The translations under genes and the position numbers were made by a program. From NCBI GenBank assembly GCA_000934665.2, contig JYFJ02001975.1, positions 1 to 64,000 of the forward strand: a stretch of DNA of 64,000 nt. Direction: 5' to 3'. This DNA comes from Catajapyx aquilonaris (lineage: Eukaryota). Under the pieces are notes generated by a model. It was not told where the DNA came from, did no database searches, and saw nothing but the letters and a program-made list of their open reading frames with translations. Positions 13,496 to 26,820 of the stretch are shown here, piece by piece. Position 1 is the stretch's first letter; each line of letters begins with the position of its first letter.

Positions 13496-15539
13496 TATTA
13501 GTTATATTACTAGTTACTTTGTGATATCACAACTACTTAAGTGTATATTTCTTAATATACTTTTCATTTACTATTTCATGTTTATTTTCGTAACAGTTTT
13601 CCATTTTATAAGTCATGTAGTTTTTAAAAACATCCATAATAAATTCATACCTGTTTCATGCCCAAACTAGTGGGAACTCCGTACTGAGACAAAACGACCA
13701 AAAAACGCAAGCACTTGGACCTTTTTCACAGAAGCAGGCCACTTGCTGGGAAATTTCCAGCTGTTTTTTCCGTTTTTTTTTTCCTCCATCCCCTCCCTGC
13801 CAACCCCCTACTCAACCCTACTACTCTCAACCCTTCCCTCCCTGGCTGTGCTTCCAGCCTAGCAACCACTCAATCGCTTTAATTCGACAGGGATGAGTAC
13901 CGTAGGTTCCTGTGTGTGTGTTTTTCAGTCCCATACATGGCCCGTTTTCCTGTCGAGAGGACCGCTTGGCTCAGGTCCTCTTTCAAGGTTTAAAGTGGAA
14001 GCGCTGATTCATATTTGGCAGTGTGCATTGTATGTGAATGCACCAAGTGTGTTCGCTGGCTCGAATCATCGATCAGGATGCGGTTCAGCGAAGACCGAGG
14101 GAAATTTTGGTCTGAAAGGTGACTGTGAGTTAATAATAGAGGCGATTTTTAACAGATACGTGATTAGCATCATGTAGTGATGAGCCCGATACAAAAATCT
14201 GCTATGGTATATTCACAGAAAAATATTGAAAATAGCAGAAAGAGTGTATAAAGCTAAACGCTATCTGCAAAGGTTGCAGGATCAAATCCCGATTGTGGAA
14301 TCTTTTTTTTTGACAATTATGAAGTCCTGATTACTTTAAACTTCGACACGAGCCAAATTATGAAAATTTCAGACACAAAATATTTTTAATAAATAAATCT
14401 AAACGCGCTGGGGAGTTTGAAGGCTCTGTGTTCAACTGGGATTTCTCGGCTTTCACAGCCAGAGTACGTAAGTATCTTATCCCCTCTCACATTGATTGGC
14501 TCCTTCATTATTCATTCAATCAAACATGGTGATGGCAGCTTACCAATCGTAAGGTTGCAGGTTCCAGCCCCGGTCAGTGCCCATTTCACTTTTCGTTCTT
14601 TTGGGCAATTTCCATCACACTCTTACTAGCTTGTACCCACTTATTTCACACACACATTATTATTAAACTGCTAAATATTAAGCCCTGTTAAAAACCAGAG
14701 CTTCAGACTTGGTCCAAGACCTTACTTAACCTCAATCTTAGTGAAGCTCCCGCTGGTACCTAATGGACCAAGTAATTTTCCATGCAACACCTGCACGTAG
14801 CACACAATAGCTCGAAAGTTTCTCGCTTGAGAAATTACTAACCCCTCACACCCCAAAATGCTTAGAAAACAAACAAGGTTCCTTGGCAGCTTCGAAAACT
14901 CTCTCTCTCACTAAACATAGACTTCTAAAATGGAAAATGGCTACCTTTGTTTTTCCCTCCTTCAGTAGTTAAGACCTTAGGCACAATTATTCTCAGGCGA
15001 AAATCATGAATCTTCTTTGCGGCGTCTGCACTCAGGTGGTCTTAGGAAAGTTTTCTATGGTAAGAAGAAGACTCTGCACCCTTCCCACCCCCCCTCAAGA
15101 CGTTACGATGACATAAAAGGAAAGCCCAAGTCAAGACCCAAGCCTTTCGTCGTTAAGGAACTCTTTCCAAACTCGTTTAAAGCAGGTGCGGCAACAGAGA
15201 TTATTTTTCGCCCAGATTACTCCTCCCTCCCACTGCGCCTCTCCCCACTTCAGAGTGGGAGGGGGCGAAACGACAATGTAATGATAATGGTGTAATTTAC
15301 ATGTCTGACTTTTTTTGTGTGCTAAACAATGGCAGGCGGCCAAAGATATAATTTTGTAGCGGAGAAATTAATTAAGAGCGCTATGATTTGTGTTGGAGAA
15401 TAGCGTTTTGGCCAGGATTGTTGCCAACAATGCAGAGCAATAAAATGGGTGGGAATGCTCCTGACATATTGGCCTATTGTTGCGTTCAATGAAAATTAAT
15501 ATTTGCACATATTTATCTTTTATATCTATTATTATTTCT

Positions 15540-15960
15540 TTGTGGCTATTAATTCAATCTCACATATAACTGATTAAATTAGTTATGTTAGTTACTGATT
15601 ATGTCATGTACTAAGAGGGTAGTACAGTTTTTGGATATTAATTTTTGCTCATATTGAACTTGAAAGCAATATTGTTATTTATAGGCATTATTCATTTATA
15701 GCTATTAATATTTAATACGAAATATAACAGAATAAATTAATTATTTTAGTCACTGATTATGACAATCACTAATAGGCTAGTTGAGTTTATGAAAATTAAT
15801 GTTGCCACACATTGAACTATTATAACTATTATTTATAGCTATGACAGATATACCTATTATTTTGAGCTATTATTTATAGCTATCTAAGATACATATAACA
15901 ATAAGTTTTGGTTATTTTAATTACTGATTGTGATAATTATGTCCTATAGGTTAGTACTAC
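15540..15960. repeat. Old ~160-170-bp tandem repeat, about 3 copies
   Basis: TTA(G/A)T(T/C)ACTGATT(A/G)TG recurs near 15588, 15747 and 15917. Confidence 0.6.
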
Positions 15961-16489
15961 TTTATTGTGTAAACAAAATGATTGAAGAAGCATCCAATAA
16001 GATGACCTACTCTTCCACCCCCTCAGCCATTTAGGTCAGGCTCCTCCAACAATGTGTTTGCCTTTCTTTACCGATCCGTGAAGAACCACCCTCTTTTTCC
16101 CCCCTATTCTAGGTCTCCCCCTGGTTGTAAATTTCGGAGGTAAACAGCCAGGCCAGGTGGAGTGTAAATAAAACATGGCCCCTGCTCACCAACCTTATTA
16201 CTGACCGCCAACTGGGGGAAACGAATGACCGCCATTTTCTAGATTCTAATCTGGCCCACCAAAGGGCCTGGTTTTTTGGGAGAGTTTTTTTTAGAGAGGT
16301 AGATTCAAAGTCACGCTTAATGAGTGTCAGGGTTTTTAGCTTCATGATTGCGTGCGGTGATTTTATTCTCACGTAATGTCAGTTTAGGCGAAGTTTACCG
16401 TTTCAAATGTGGAGCGTTGTCTGAAGGGATTGTCGGTTGTTCTTTTGCACAAACGATGGACTAATGTGCAGCATTTTGTGACATACCTG

Positions 16490-16805
16490 TACATTTTGTG
16501 AAGCACTTGTATATTTGGGACACCTATATGCATTTGTGACACCTATACACAACCTATACATTTGTGACACCTATACACAACCTATACATTTGTGACACCT
16601 ATACACAACCTATGCATTTGTGACACCTACACATTTGTGACACCTATACACAACCTATACATTTGTGACACCTATACACAACATATGCATTTGTGACACC
16701 TACACATTTGTGACACCTAACATGTGTGGCACCTATACATTTGTGACACCTATACGTACTGTACATTTGTGACACCTATACGTAGGCTACATTTGTGACA
16801 CCTGT
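16490..16805. repeat. CATTTGTGACACCTATA(CACAACCTATA) 17/28-bp minisatellite
   Basis: More than 12 direct copies. Confidence 0.95.
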
Positions 16806-16820
16806 ACAACCTTCATCACC

Positions 16821-16979
16821 ATGTACTGTCGGGTTCAAATAGGTCCGGCCACTTTATCCTGGTCTTGAAGCAACCCTTCACACACACACACCTCCTCAGT
16901 TCTCACCGTGGGGCTTGTGCGAAGGGTTGTTTCAAGACCAGGATGAAGTGGCCGAAACTAATTGCATCCGATGGCACAT
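16821..16979. mobile_element. Palindromic MITE (~60-bp arms)
   Basis: CGGCCACTTTATCCTGGTCTTGAAGCAACCCTTC pairs with GAAGGGTTGTTTCAAGACCAGGATGAAGTGGCCG; pairing extends to the ends. Confidence 0.8.
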
Positions 16980-17831
16980 ACCGCCGTCCAAAATTATTTA
17001 GTACATTTTCATTATGTTCCAATATTATTTCCATTATTGTGTCCAAATTAAGTCTAGTATTTAATTAAAAATTGAGCACCATTTTGGCTCCACCATATCG
17101 TCGCCACTAATTGGCTGCGGTTCCTTGCAGTAATCCACTCTTTTCTCGTATCAGTACATTGTTGCTATTCTGCGGCCGTTCCCCTACATACTTAGCCCCC
17201 CCCCCCCNTGTTGGACAATTCGGTTGGAACCGAACAAGATTTGGCATGTCGAATAGCATATTGCCATGGGGGGTTTGGGGAGGAGGGGGCTAAATTTTAA
17301 ATACAGATGAGAGGGGGGGGGGGATTGAAACCAGATTCATTAAGTAGAAAATCCGTTTTTGCGGGCGATAAATTGTCAGGTGGATTTAAATTGTCATGTT
17401 GGGTTTTCTGAAGCGATTTTTGCATTATCGTTGGAGGGATTGTTATGATGTGTTATTTTGAGAGATGGGGGCGATATGGAATTGTGGTTATTGCGGTTTT
17501 TTGGGGCGTGGATTCAACGTTATATTAGCTGATTGGAAGCAGAGTGGGGTTAAAAGGTATTTGAGGCTGAACTGTGATTAGCACTTAGTGAAATATTGGC
17601 CAAGTTTAAATTTGCAACAATGGTGGTAGACTCGATAATTTTAAAAGACAAATTTGTTCATTTCATTGAATACATTTCTGAACAGTTCAAAATTTTCATT
17701 ATTAAAGACTTTTCCCTACATCACTGGCAAGTAAGCTATGAGAGTGCCAAGTTTCAACACTCTCAGTAGTCTGAAAGTGGGTTAGGTAGCCAGGAGATAC
17801 AAACATTGCCCATAATACAGTAATATAATAT

Positions 17832-17874
<43 letters not shown>

Positions 17875-18022
17875 TACATTTATTCATTTATTTTAGAAAT
17901 TTATTCGTTTATCTATTTAGAAATTTATTCGTTTATCTATTTAGAAATTTATTCGTTTATCTATTTAGAAATTTATTCATTTATCTATTTAGAAATTTAT
18001 TAGTTTATCTATTCAGAAATGT
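17832..18022. repeat. (TTTA)n microsatellite followed by a 24-bp tandem repeat
   Basis: TTAGAAATTTATTCGTTTATCTAT, about 5 copies from ~17892. Confidence 0.95.
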
Positions 18023-19819
18023 ATTTAATAAAAATTAAATCCGATCCTGCTTCGCACTCTTCTCAGTCACAAACTTGAGCGAATTTCCTCAACAATGACC
18101 TCATTGTAGCCTGTACAACAGACTTATCACGATAGACCTTTCATAGACTTAATAGACCTCCCTCTTTTTTACGACCAAGTGCCTATCAGGCACCGTAAAT
18201 GCACAACACTTATTCCTCCAAAAAATTATCAAGCTCTATTATACTGGGCCGTAAAACCATGGCTTCCTCTCCGGTTTTTAGAGGCCCCGAAATAAAACGG
18301 CCGGTTACAGGGGGGTGCTTTTCATTTCTATTACTGGATAGAGACTCCCCAAATAACCTACTATCACGACCCCGTTTTTTTTCCTGAATGGAGAAAGGTT
18401 CTGTTTCCGTAATTTCATCATTCCCCTCCTTTCTTTCACAATCTTTCTACCAACCCCCTCTGGCGGCCTCTACTTCAGACTACTTTTTCCCCTTGTAGCC
18501 TCTTCCCCTCCCCAATCCCGATGGGAACTCATAAATTTTTCTCGCCAGGAACTAATCAAGAACCCGCCAGTTTCATCCGCTGTAAAATGTCAGCAGATGT
18601 TAGCCTATTGATTATGATAATTTAAAATTCCGACGCCATTACAGCTCGGCCATTTTTTTTCTCTCTTCCGCCATTTTTTTTAAGGTAGGTCGTGACTAGC
18701 ACGGAGAACCTGGTTGTGCAATTACAGGTGAGTGTATTTATGGTACTTTATTAAGTATTTGTCTTATTTTATATTATTTTCTATCTTATTTATTTCATAT
18801 TTGTAAATATTGACAATATTTAGAATTTGAAAACATTTTCTAAAAATACGTCTGTGAAAATCTGAATTATTTGTGAAATTATGGAAAAATATTCGGATTG
18901 CACTAATCATGCCCAGAAGTGTCATTTTTACAATGATCATTTTTGGTATTAAAAACATTATTTGGAAATTTAAAAAAAATTGCATACGTGGAAATATGTT
19001 TGGAATGTTCGAAAACCATTTTCAAAATTTATTACAATATATGAAAATTCGGTGCGGCCTTGTCTTCTCCATACACCTCAACTTGACCACACATTGTTGG
19101 CAACTTTGTTGGTCTTGCCTATAGTCTGGCACAAAGACCTAACAGTTTGAACCATACATTGTTAGCCTTCCCTCATAAAACCGACCTCAAAATTTCAAAA
19201 GTGCGTTCTCCTTGCACGATACGCCAAAAAACCACAACAAAAAGATGTTGCCAAAAACCTCCCAACAATCCCTCAACACCCGACTGTCGCAACAACGTGA
19301 CACCTAACCTTTTGTTCCAGGGGCGATTGTTGCGGGTTTGTTCTGCGGCCTCCTTGTGCCGGGAGCTATCATGACAAAAAGGGCTTCCTCTATATATAGG
19401 GGTGGGCCAAAATTGCACTTTGCATGGTCTCCATTGTATATCCGATGACTGATGTCCAACAAAAGGCAATCATTAGAGGGGGGGAACCGAAGAGGTCAAA
19501 TAAATGATCGTGACCCGGATGTAAGGTAGGAAGAAACTCTAATGATAGTTTGGATGCATGAATGTTGTGTTTCATGTTTTGAGTTTCTTGTGTGTGTGTG
19601 GGATATGTGGGGAGGACTGGGTGGGCCTACAAGGAGTGTGATTAGCAAGGAGCTGATAGTACATGCGATGGGGGCAAGGAAAGGGAATTGGAGAATATTT
19701 TACTGGCGAGTAAGAGCTATAAACGTATGTCGTAAGCCACAAGGGAAATAATGGTGAAGTAATCGAAATACATCGTGAAATTGTCGTAAAACGCGTTGAA
19801 TTACCACCTGCCTAAAATT

Positions 19820-20490
19820 GTCGTAAGCTGTAAGATCTCTGCAATAAGGCGTTAGCATTTGCTGTAAGACATACTAGTACAGTATATCATAATCTGTAAG
19901 CTGTACGCAGTATGTCCCAAACTATAAAGTGTACGAAGTATGCTGTAAGCTGTAAGCAGTACATCGTAAACTGTAAGCGTATGTCGTAAACTGTAAGCTG
20001 TAAGAGTATGTACGTACCGGTATGTCGTAAGTCATATACCATAGGAAGGAGCTTATCTTGTAAGCTGTAAGAAGTATGTCGTAATCTGTAAGCTGTAAGA
20101 AGTATGTCATAATCTGTAAGCTGTAAGAAGTATGTCTTAAGTCATATACCGTAGGCAGTAGCTTATGTTGTAAGCTGTAAGCTGTAAGAAGTATGTCGTA
20201 AGTCATATACCGTAGGCAGTAGCTTATGTTGTAAGCTGCAAGCTGTGTGTCACAAACTATAAACTGTACGAAGTAACTTATGTTGCAAGCTGTAAGCAAT
20301 ACGTCGTAAACTGTAAGCTTTATGTCGTAAACTGTAAGCTGTAAGGAGTATGATTGTCGTAAGTCATATACTGTAGGCGGTAGCTTATGTTGTAAGCTGT
20401 AAGCAGTAAGTCGTACGACGTACGTAAGCTGTAATCCATATTTTTCAAGCTGTAATCCGTATATAATGTGTCGTAAGTCGTATGAAAAAT
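19820..20490. repeat. GTAAGCT-based degenerate array
   Basis: CTGTAAGCTGTAAG / TATGTCGTAA motifs throughout; explains ORF 19922-20521. Confidence 0.9.
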
Positions 20491-21384
20491 TTGTACCAAG
20501 ATGTAACAGAAATTGCCGCAATTAATTCTACTGCTGTACGCCATAACTAATACTTTGCTCCAATTTGGCTCTTTTGTTTCCAGTCTCCTTGCAACTTATA
20601 ACAATTAGCCGCACTAACTTGAGCCCACTCCCACCTATCTCCCTGCCAGATCGATAGTAGCAACTAGCAGTAAACATGGTTGCTATCCATGTAAATTACT
20701 AACCGTAAATAATTTCTTTCTTTGGGTTCCTAGGACGGTAATTAGGCAATCTGGATATGATGGATGAACATGGCTGGTTCTATAAATGGATTCCGTGCGT
20801 GTTGGTTGCGTCACAACCCTCAGAATGTACCGGTGTATATACCCCTGTTGGAGTAAATTGAGATGCACACCGTTGGTCCGTCTGCACGCTAACTGGGGGG
20901 TTCTTTTGAAGAAGGTTTCTTTCGCATAAATATTGTGGAGGGGACAGTCATCCGCATGCCTTTGCCTTCTGGAGTTCCCCAAATTGCTGTCACGCACTTC
21001 CTTGACAATGCGGCAACACTGCCCAGTCAATCCCGATAGTTAATGGTCATGACCTATTACAAGCAGTATTTCACTAGTCAAGGCTATGAAATAGTAGGGC
21101 CTATATAGGATGTGCGATCGATGTTTTCTTCATATGCCTTGATCACTGCATGCATGTAAGATATTATTAAAAATTATAATTTTTTGTTGTTAATTAATTT
21201 AACAGTTTATAAATACAGTATTGCCATATATTTGATAACGTTTAGATATTTATAGCGTTTGTGATAAATTTATAACTATTCTCATACATTGCATAACATC
21301 TATTGTATAACAATTGTAATATATTTATAACTATTACGATGTATGTTATAACTATTACTGTATATTATTTTATGCCTAGGCCCT

Positions 21385-21482
21385 ACAATTTATATGACGA
21401 TTTATAACTACTTATTCAACAATTTATATGACGATTTATAACTACTTATTCAACTATTTATATGACGATTTATAACTATTAC
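21385..21482. repeat. 34-bp tandem repeat x3 in an AT-rich TTTATAACTA region
   Basis: ACAATTTATATGACGATTTATAACTACTTATTCA repeated. Confidence 0.85.
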
Positions 21483-22127
21483 GATGTATTTTCATAGCTG
21501 TTTTAAGTAGCCTATAGTTTGATATATCAAATACGTAGCCTACTGCATAACGTTATGTAATGTACAGTTTGTCTAACATCTTATAGCCTACACCCTACAG
21601 TATATGAAATTAATAAAATTATACTTAATGACTTCATCCATAAATTTATAAGCACTGGCCTATTTTTATTTTATGTCAATATTATATTATATTGCTGAAA
21701 ATGGTAAAATTGATTTCGCCGATATTAACGCGATTTCATAATTTTTGCAATATTTGTGTAACGTGAATTTCCAGCAATATAAACCAGGCTGTCTACGCTT
21801 GTGCTATGCTTTTTTTTTACAAGATAGAAACAATATTAAAATTCACTTACGCACCTGAAGCTTTAAGAGCATTGTTAAGTGCAGGCGGCCGAAACAAGCC
21901 GTAAAAGGGTACATTTTTGGCGCAATTTGTCCCCCAATTTGGTTGGTGCACTTGAGCATGAGCCTCACAAAGGAGAGCCCTTAGTACGTGAGGCTTTACG
22001 TGCGGAGAATGGCTATGTGCTGTAAGCGTGCCTAAAACAGTGCAGCTCGTTCAAGTGTAACGTAATTAGGTTCGATCTGTTCTTCAGTAGGGAAGAAAAA
22101 ATAAGACGAAAAAATTCAGAGTAAGTT

Positions 22128-23077
22128 TGGCAACGTCAGGCTACATCCGGCTACTTTCCGATTAGATGAGGGCACATCCCTATTGGTTGAAGGACGTTCT
22201 TAGCCACCCTATTGGTTGAGAGCATGTTCCTTCCTCGCTATTGGTTAAAATTGTGTTCCTCCAGCCATGTTGGTTACCACGTCCTTATTGGTTTAAGAAC
22301 AGTATGATTGGTCAGGAAAACAGTTCACTATTGGTTAAAATCATCCTTCTCTATCGGCTCAGAGCTATTTCCTCTCTCCTTACTGGTTGAGAGCATGTTC
22401 TTCCCTCCCCATTGGTTAAGAGCCACGTCCTTATTGGTTGAAGAACAGTCTGGTAGGCCAGGAAAACAGTTCCCTATTGGTTGAAAACGCATCTTTCCTC
22501 GTCCCTATTGGTTCACTCTCTCTATTGTTACTCCATCTCGGAATTGGTTTAAAAAACCTAGTGGGCCAGGAATTTACTTTCCTACTGGCTGAGAGCTTGT
22601 GCCTCCCTCCCTATTGGTTGACAGAATGTTCCTCCAATCCTATTGGTTGAAAGCATGTTCTTCCAACTCTATTGGCTGAGAGCATATCTCCTGATTGGCT
22701 GAAACCTAGTGTACCAGGAATCTACTTTCCTACTGGCTGAGAGCTTGTGTCTCCCTCCCTATTGGTTGAGAGAATGTTCCTCCAATCCTATTGGTTGAAA
22801 GCATGTTCTTCCAACTCTATTGGCTGAGAGTCATCTCCTAATTGACTGAAACCTAGTGTACCAGGAATCTACTTTCCTACTGGCTGAGAGCGTGAGCCTC
22901 CCTCACTGGTTGAGAGAATGTTCCTCAAATCCTATTGGCTGATAGTCATCTCCTAATTGGCTAAAAACCTAGTATGCCAGAAACCTACTTTCCTACTGGC
23001 CAAACGTGTTCATCTCCCCCTATTGGTTCAGATTGTATTTCTCACGCCCTATTGGCTGAAACCCAGCAACGTTGCCA
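22128..23077. repeat. CTATTGG(T/C)TGA array (~29-bp subunit, ~147-bp higher-order unit) bounded by TGGCAACGT/ACGTTGCCA inverted 9-mers
   Basis: CCTAGT landmark at 22557, 22705, 22852 and 22968; inverted ends at 22128 and 23069. Confidence 0.85.
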
Positions 23078-23977
23078 CACCTATCATCCTGTTTAGATCC
23101 AGATCCCTACCAAAATGATCTCTGAATATTCCGCTGACGCACATGGATTGATTCTGATAATTTCCTCCCTCTCCAGCTCCAAATTACCGTAAAGTTTAAA
23201 GGCACTGCAACGGAGGAGGGGTTGAAGGGGGGGGGGGGTTATCTAACTAAGACGAGCAAATGGCAGCCATGGAGCCTGCAGCATCAATATTGGTTCAGTG
23301 GAAGAGGAAGAGATTTCATTTAGGAAGCGTCTCTGATTGAGTTACCTCGCCAGGATGGATCAGACAATCTCTGGGTCGCAGGCATACCCCCAAAAAAGAA
23401 GGTCCCTCAGTCAAGGGGGTGGGGTTCCAGGAAATGATGACTGAAGCTCATCCAGCAGGAAGAAAAGCGGGGAGAGTAGGGAGAGGAGGAGCAAAAGCGC
23501 ACTAAGCTTTTGAGAGTAATTGGTGGCAAAAGGATGGACTCAAAAAAGAGAAAAGAGGAGGGGGGGCAAGGGTTCATTTACTAGCCCCCCTTTGCCCCCT
23601 TCCCCTTTTTCGTTTTTTAGACTAGTCCATAGCTACAGTGAAATGATTTCCTTTTCATTTAGTCAGGAAATCGTTACTTTTTCCAGTTTTTTGGGGAGGG
23701 AAAAAGGCCATGATTGAACTGGAGTATTGGCTCAGTTCTTTTATACTGAATAGATACGCGCTATGGTACAAAAAGTCGTGATATGTTTGAAGCTGTTATT
23801 AGAATCAGGTTTTTAAATAGATGAGGTTTGAATGAACTGTGAATGCGGGTTTATCCTGGGTTGTATGCAACCGCACCCTTGGTGTATGGGTGACATAATC
23901 TACAGGCGCTAGTGGCCTTCAGCTCATACCTCGGAAATAGGAGTATTGTATTGATAGAACAACACAGTTGAGTTTTG

Positions 23978-24212
23978 AACTCGTGAGACGCTAACTCGTG
24001 AGACGCTAACTCGTGAGACGCTAACTCGTGAGACGCTAACTCGTGAGGCGCTAACTCGTGAGGCGCCAACTCGTGAGACGCCAACTCGTGAGGCGCTAAC
24101 TCGTGAGGCGCTAACTCGTGAGGCGCTAACTCGTGAGACGCTAACTCGTGAGGTACTAACTCGTGAGACGCTAACTCGTGAGACTCTAACTCATGAGACG
24201 CTAACTCGTGAG
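23978..24212. repeat. Homogeneous 15-bp minisatellite AACTCGTGAG(A/G)CGCT, about 15.5 copies
   Basis: Direct reading; gives the SHELA/PHELA repeat ORF on the minus strand. Confidence 0.97.
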
Positions 24213-25029
24213 TACAGTGGTGGAAATCAAAAAATACAACCATTGCAACTAATACAAAAACTGCATAGTTCCAACTGCTTGTATAGCCTACCGTATTGGA
24301 ACCCACTTTCTTTCAACTATTGTAGAAACCTTGTGGCCTACAGACACGAAACACATCATTACAAGCTCCAGTGGAGCAGACTTATCGCTCAGGGTTTTGA
24401 AACGGAGGTGCCCTCCCCTCTCTAGTTCCCATATCTCTATGTTCCTTTTTTTTCTTAAAATCGGTTCTCTCTTTGTGTGCCAACCCAAGAGACATGCCTT
24501 TTGCCTCCAAGCAGGACACCAGCATTGCAGATATCGCCCATTTTTTGAGCCACCCCTAGCAAAAGCATACGAACTGCGGATGCATATTGTCAGTTTGTTT
24601 CCTTACTATGGAAAAGGTTTTTTTTCCGTCAGCTTTTTTTCAACCTCCAAAAAACGTGGTGGCAGGATCGATCTAGGAACAACCAACCCCATCCACACGA
24701 GGCTTTCGGTCTTTGCTCCTCCCGAAGAAACTTTTTTGTCCCTACTATCAGAGCTTCATGGCAATCGATCAGGAAAAAAAATCTGGGTGAAAATATTTTT
24801 GCAACTGGTGACAAAGTGGGAAAGCCAAACGGTTTGTAGTTTTGGCTTAAAAATAGTGCGAAATGGAAATATTGGGATGTGTTATGTGTTAGTAGAACAA
24901 GAATGATTTGTGGGGTGTCGAATATGCGAATTATTTATAAGGAAAGAGTACAAATTTTAAAAGAAAAAGATACTTCAAAGATACCAGAATGACAAATTTA
25001 TCGATACATATTCTATTGAGAGGAAGCTG

Positions 25030-25590
25030 TATCCTTATTGGTTGAAAAACAGTTGAGGAATTCACATTACTATTAGTTAAAATTATATCTTCAGCATTAC
25101 TGGTTGAGAGCCATGTCCTTATTGGTTAACACACAGCCCTAGTTAATCGACTCTCGTATTGGTTAAAGTCCTACCTCTTTCCCTATTGGTTAAATATTAT
25201 TTTGTCCATCTCTCCTTATTGGTTGACATCCCATTTCTTAAGCTCGATTGACTGAGAGCTACAGCCATATTGGTTGAAATCTTGTTCCTGCCTCCTTACT
25301 GGTTGAAATCTTTCGAAATCCTCGTTCTGAAGCCCAATTGGCTGAGAGCCACTTCCTCATTGGTTGAAATATTTTTCCAGTCTTCTTACTGGTTGAAATA
25401 TTTTTCCTGTCTTCTTACTGGTTGAAATCTGGTTCCTGTCTCCATACTGGTTGAAATCCTCTTTCTTAAGCCAGATTGGTTGAGAGACACTCTTTATTGG
25501 TCCAAATCGTGTTCCTTTCTTCCCTATTGGTGGAATTGGTGTTTCTCCCTACCTATGGGTTGAAATCATGCTCTCTACTCCCTATTGGAC
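25030..25590. repeat. Second ATTGGTTGA array, same orientation as 22128-23077
   Basis: TA(T/C)TGGTTGA(A/G)A motif about every 25-35 bp. Confidence 0.85.
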
Positions 25591-26044
25591 GTCACGTACC
25601 ATGCCAGCCATTCCAGTTGGAATATTTTTGCGAACGAAATTTGCACATTCTATGATCGTGTTCCCGAAGCGAAATATCAACTGCGAAAATGCCGTTTCAT
25701 ACACTAAAGCTTTCCAATGGCCCGATTGAGGCTGGTTCCTCACCCAAAAACGGTTGGACCATTTGAAGCTGTCCCAGCCACCAGATATGCAAATTTCAAC
25801 TCTACCCTCCCTCCCCCCACTTCCTCTTTTCCCTCCCCTTGGCTTGTAAATACCCAACAATGTAGGGGCCCGGAGTGCTATTAGCCTATTACACTGGCCA
25901 TTGAAGGCAGTAATTCGCGGCAGATGGCCAGTCCAAGTGCGGATTAACACAGCCAAGGAACAGCCAGTGCCCTTCATTGCTTCCTCCGCCTTTTCAATGG
26001 CCTCTCTCTTGGTTGGAAGGGAACGAATTCCAATATACACCATG

Positions 26045-26820
26045 GTATGAGCATACAGGGTGTGTCGTAACACGAGAGGGAACAGGTACGGTATTCTGGT
26101 GGATCTGACATTATTTTGTTTGTCGATTGTATCGTCAGTCGATATTTGGTCATCTATGGGTGATAAAGTGACGAACGATGCGTTCGTCACTTATATCACA
26201 CATAGATGACATCGGGTTTAGATCGGCGTATCTTTTGCCAATTATATTGTTTGTCGATCATATCGATTGTTTACTTCCTCGAGCAAATAAGAATAAACTA
26301 TAGGCTACACATGGTGTGTCGTACTCGATAGGGAAAAGGTCAGGGTTTTTTGTCGATTGTGTCGATTTTGTGCGTGATTGTATCGCCTACCGATTATATC
26401 GTTTGTCAATTGCATCGCTTGTCGATGGTACCATATAGCTCGTTGATTGTATCATTTGTAGATAGCATGGGCTGTGGATTATATCATTGGTCAATTGTGT
26501 CTTCCGTCGATCGTATCGTTTGTCACTTATATCGTTTATTGATGACATCTGTTTTCCATGGTATTATTTGTCGATTTATCATGGGTCGGTTGCCAATTAC
26601 GTCGTCTTTATATGGTATAGTTCGTCAATTGTAACGCTCATCGATTGTATCATATTTAGGTAGCATCGTCTGTCGATGATATAGCTCGTCGATTGTATCA
26701 CTGGCTGATTGTATCGTCTGTCGATCGTACCGTTCCTCACAATCATATCGTTCATCGGTTTTCGAACGTATCATTTGTCAATTTATCATCAGTCATTATT
26801 GTATCATTTGTCGATAGTAT
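26045..26820. repeat. GTCGATTGTATC degenerate array with a duplicated leader
   Basis: TCGATTGTATC(G/A)T motif; leader GGTGTGTCGTA...AGGGAA.AGGT at ~26059 and ~26313. Confidence 0.75.

Noticed and set aside
19922..20544. 199-aa and 74-aa ORFs rich in LTAY/YSLQ
   Set aside because: Translation of the GTAAGCT array
23851..24306. 151-aa ORF with SHELA/PHELA repeats
   Set aside because: Read-through of a 15-bp minisatellite; the flanks are not protein-like
25582..26190. Longest ORF (202 aa)
   Set aside because: Spans a repeat array and a skewed island; no recognisable domain; non-ATG start
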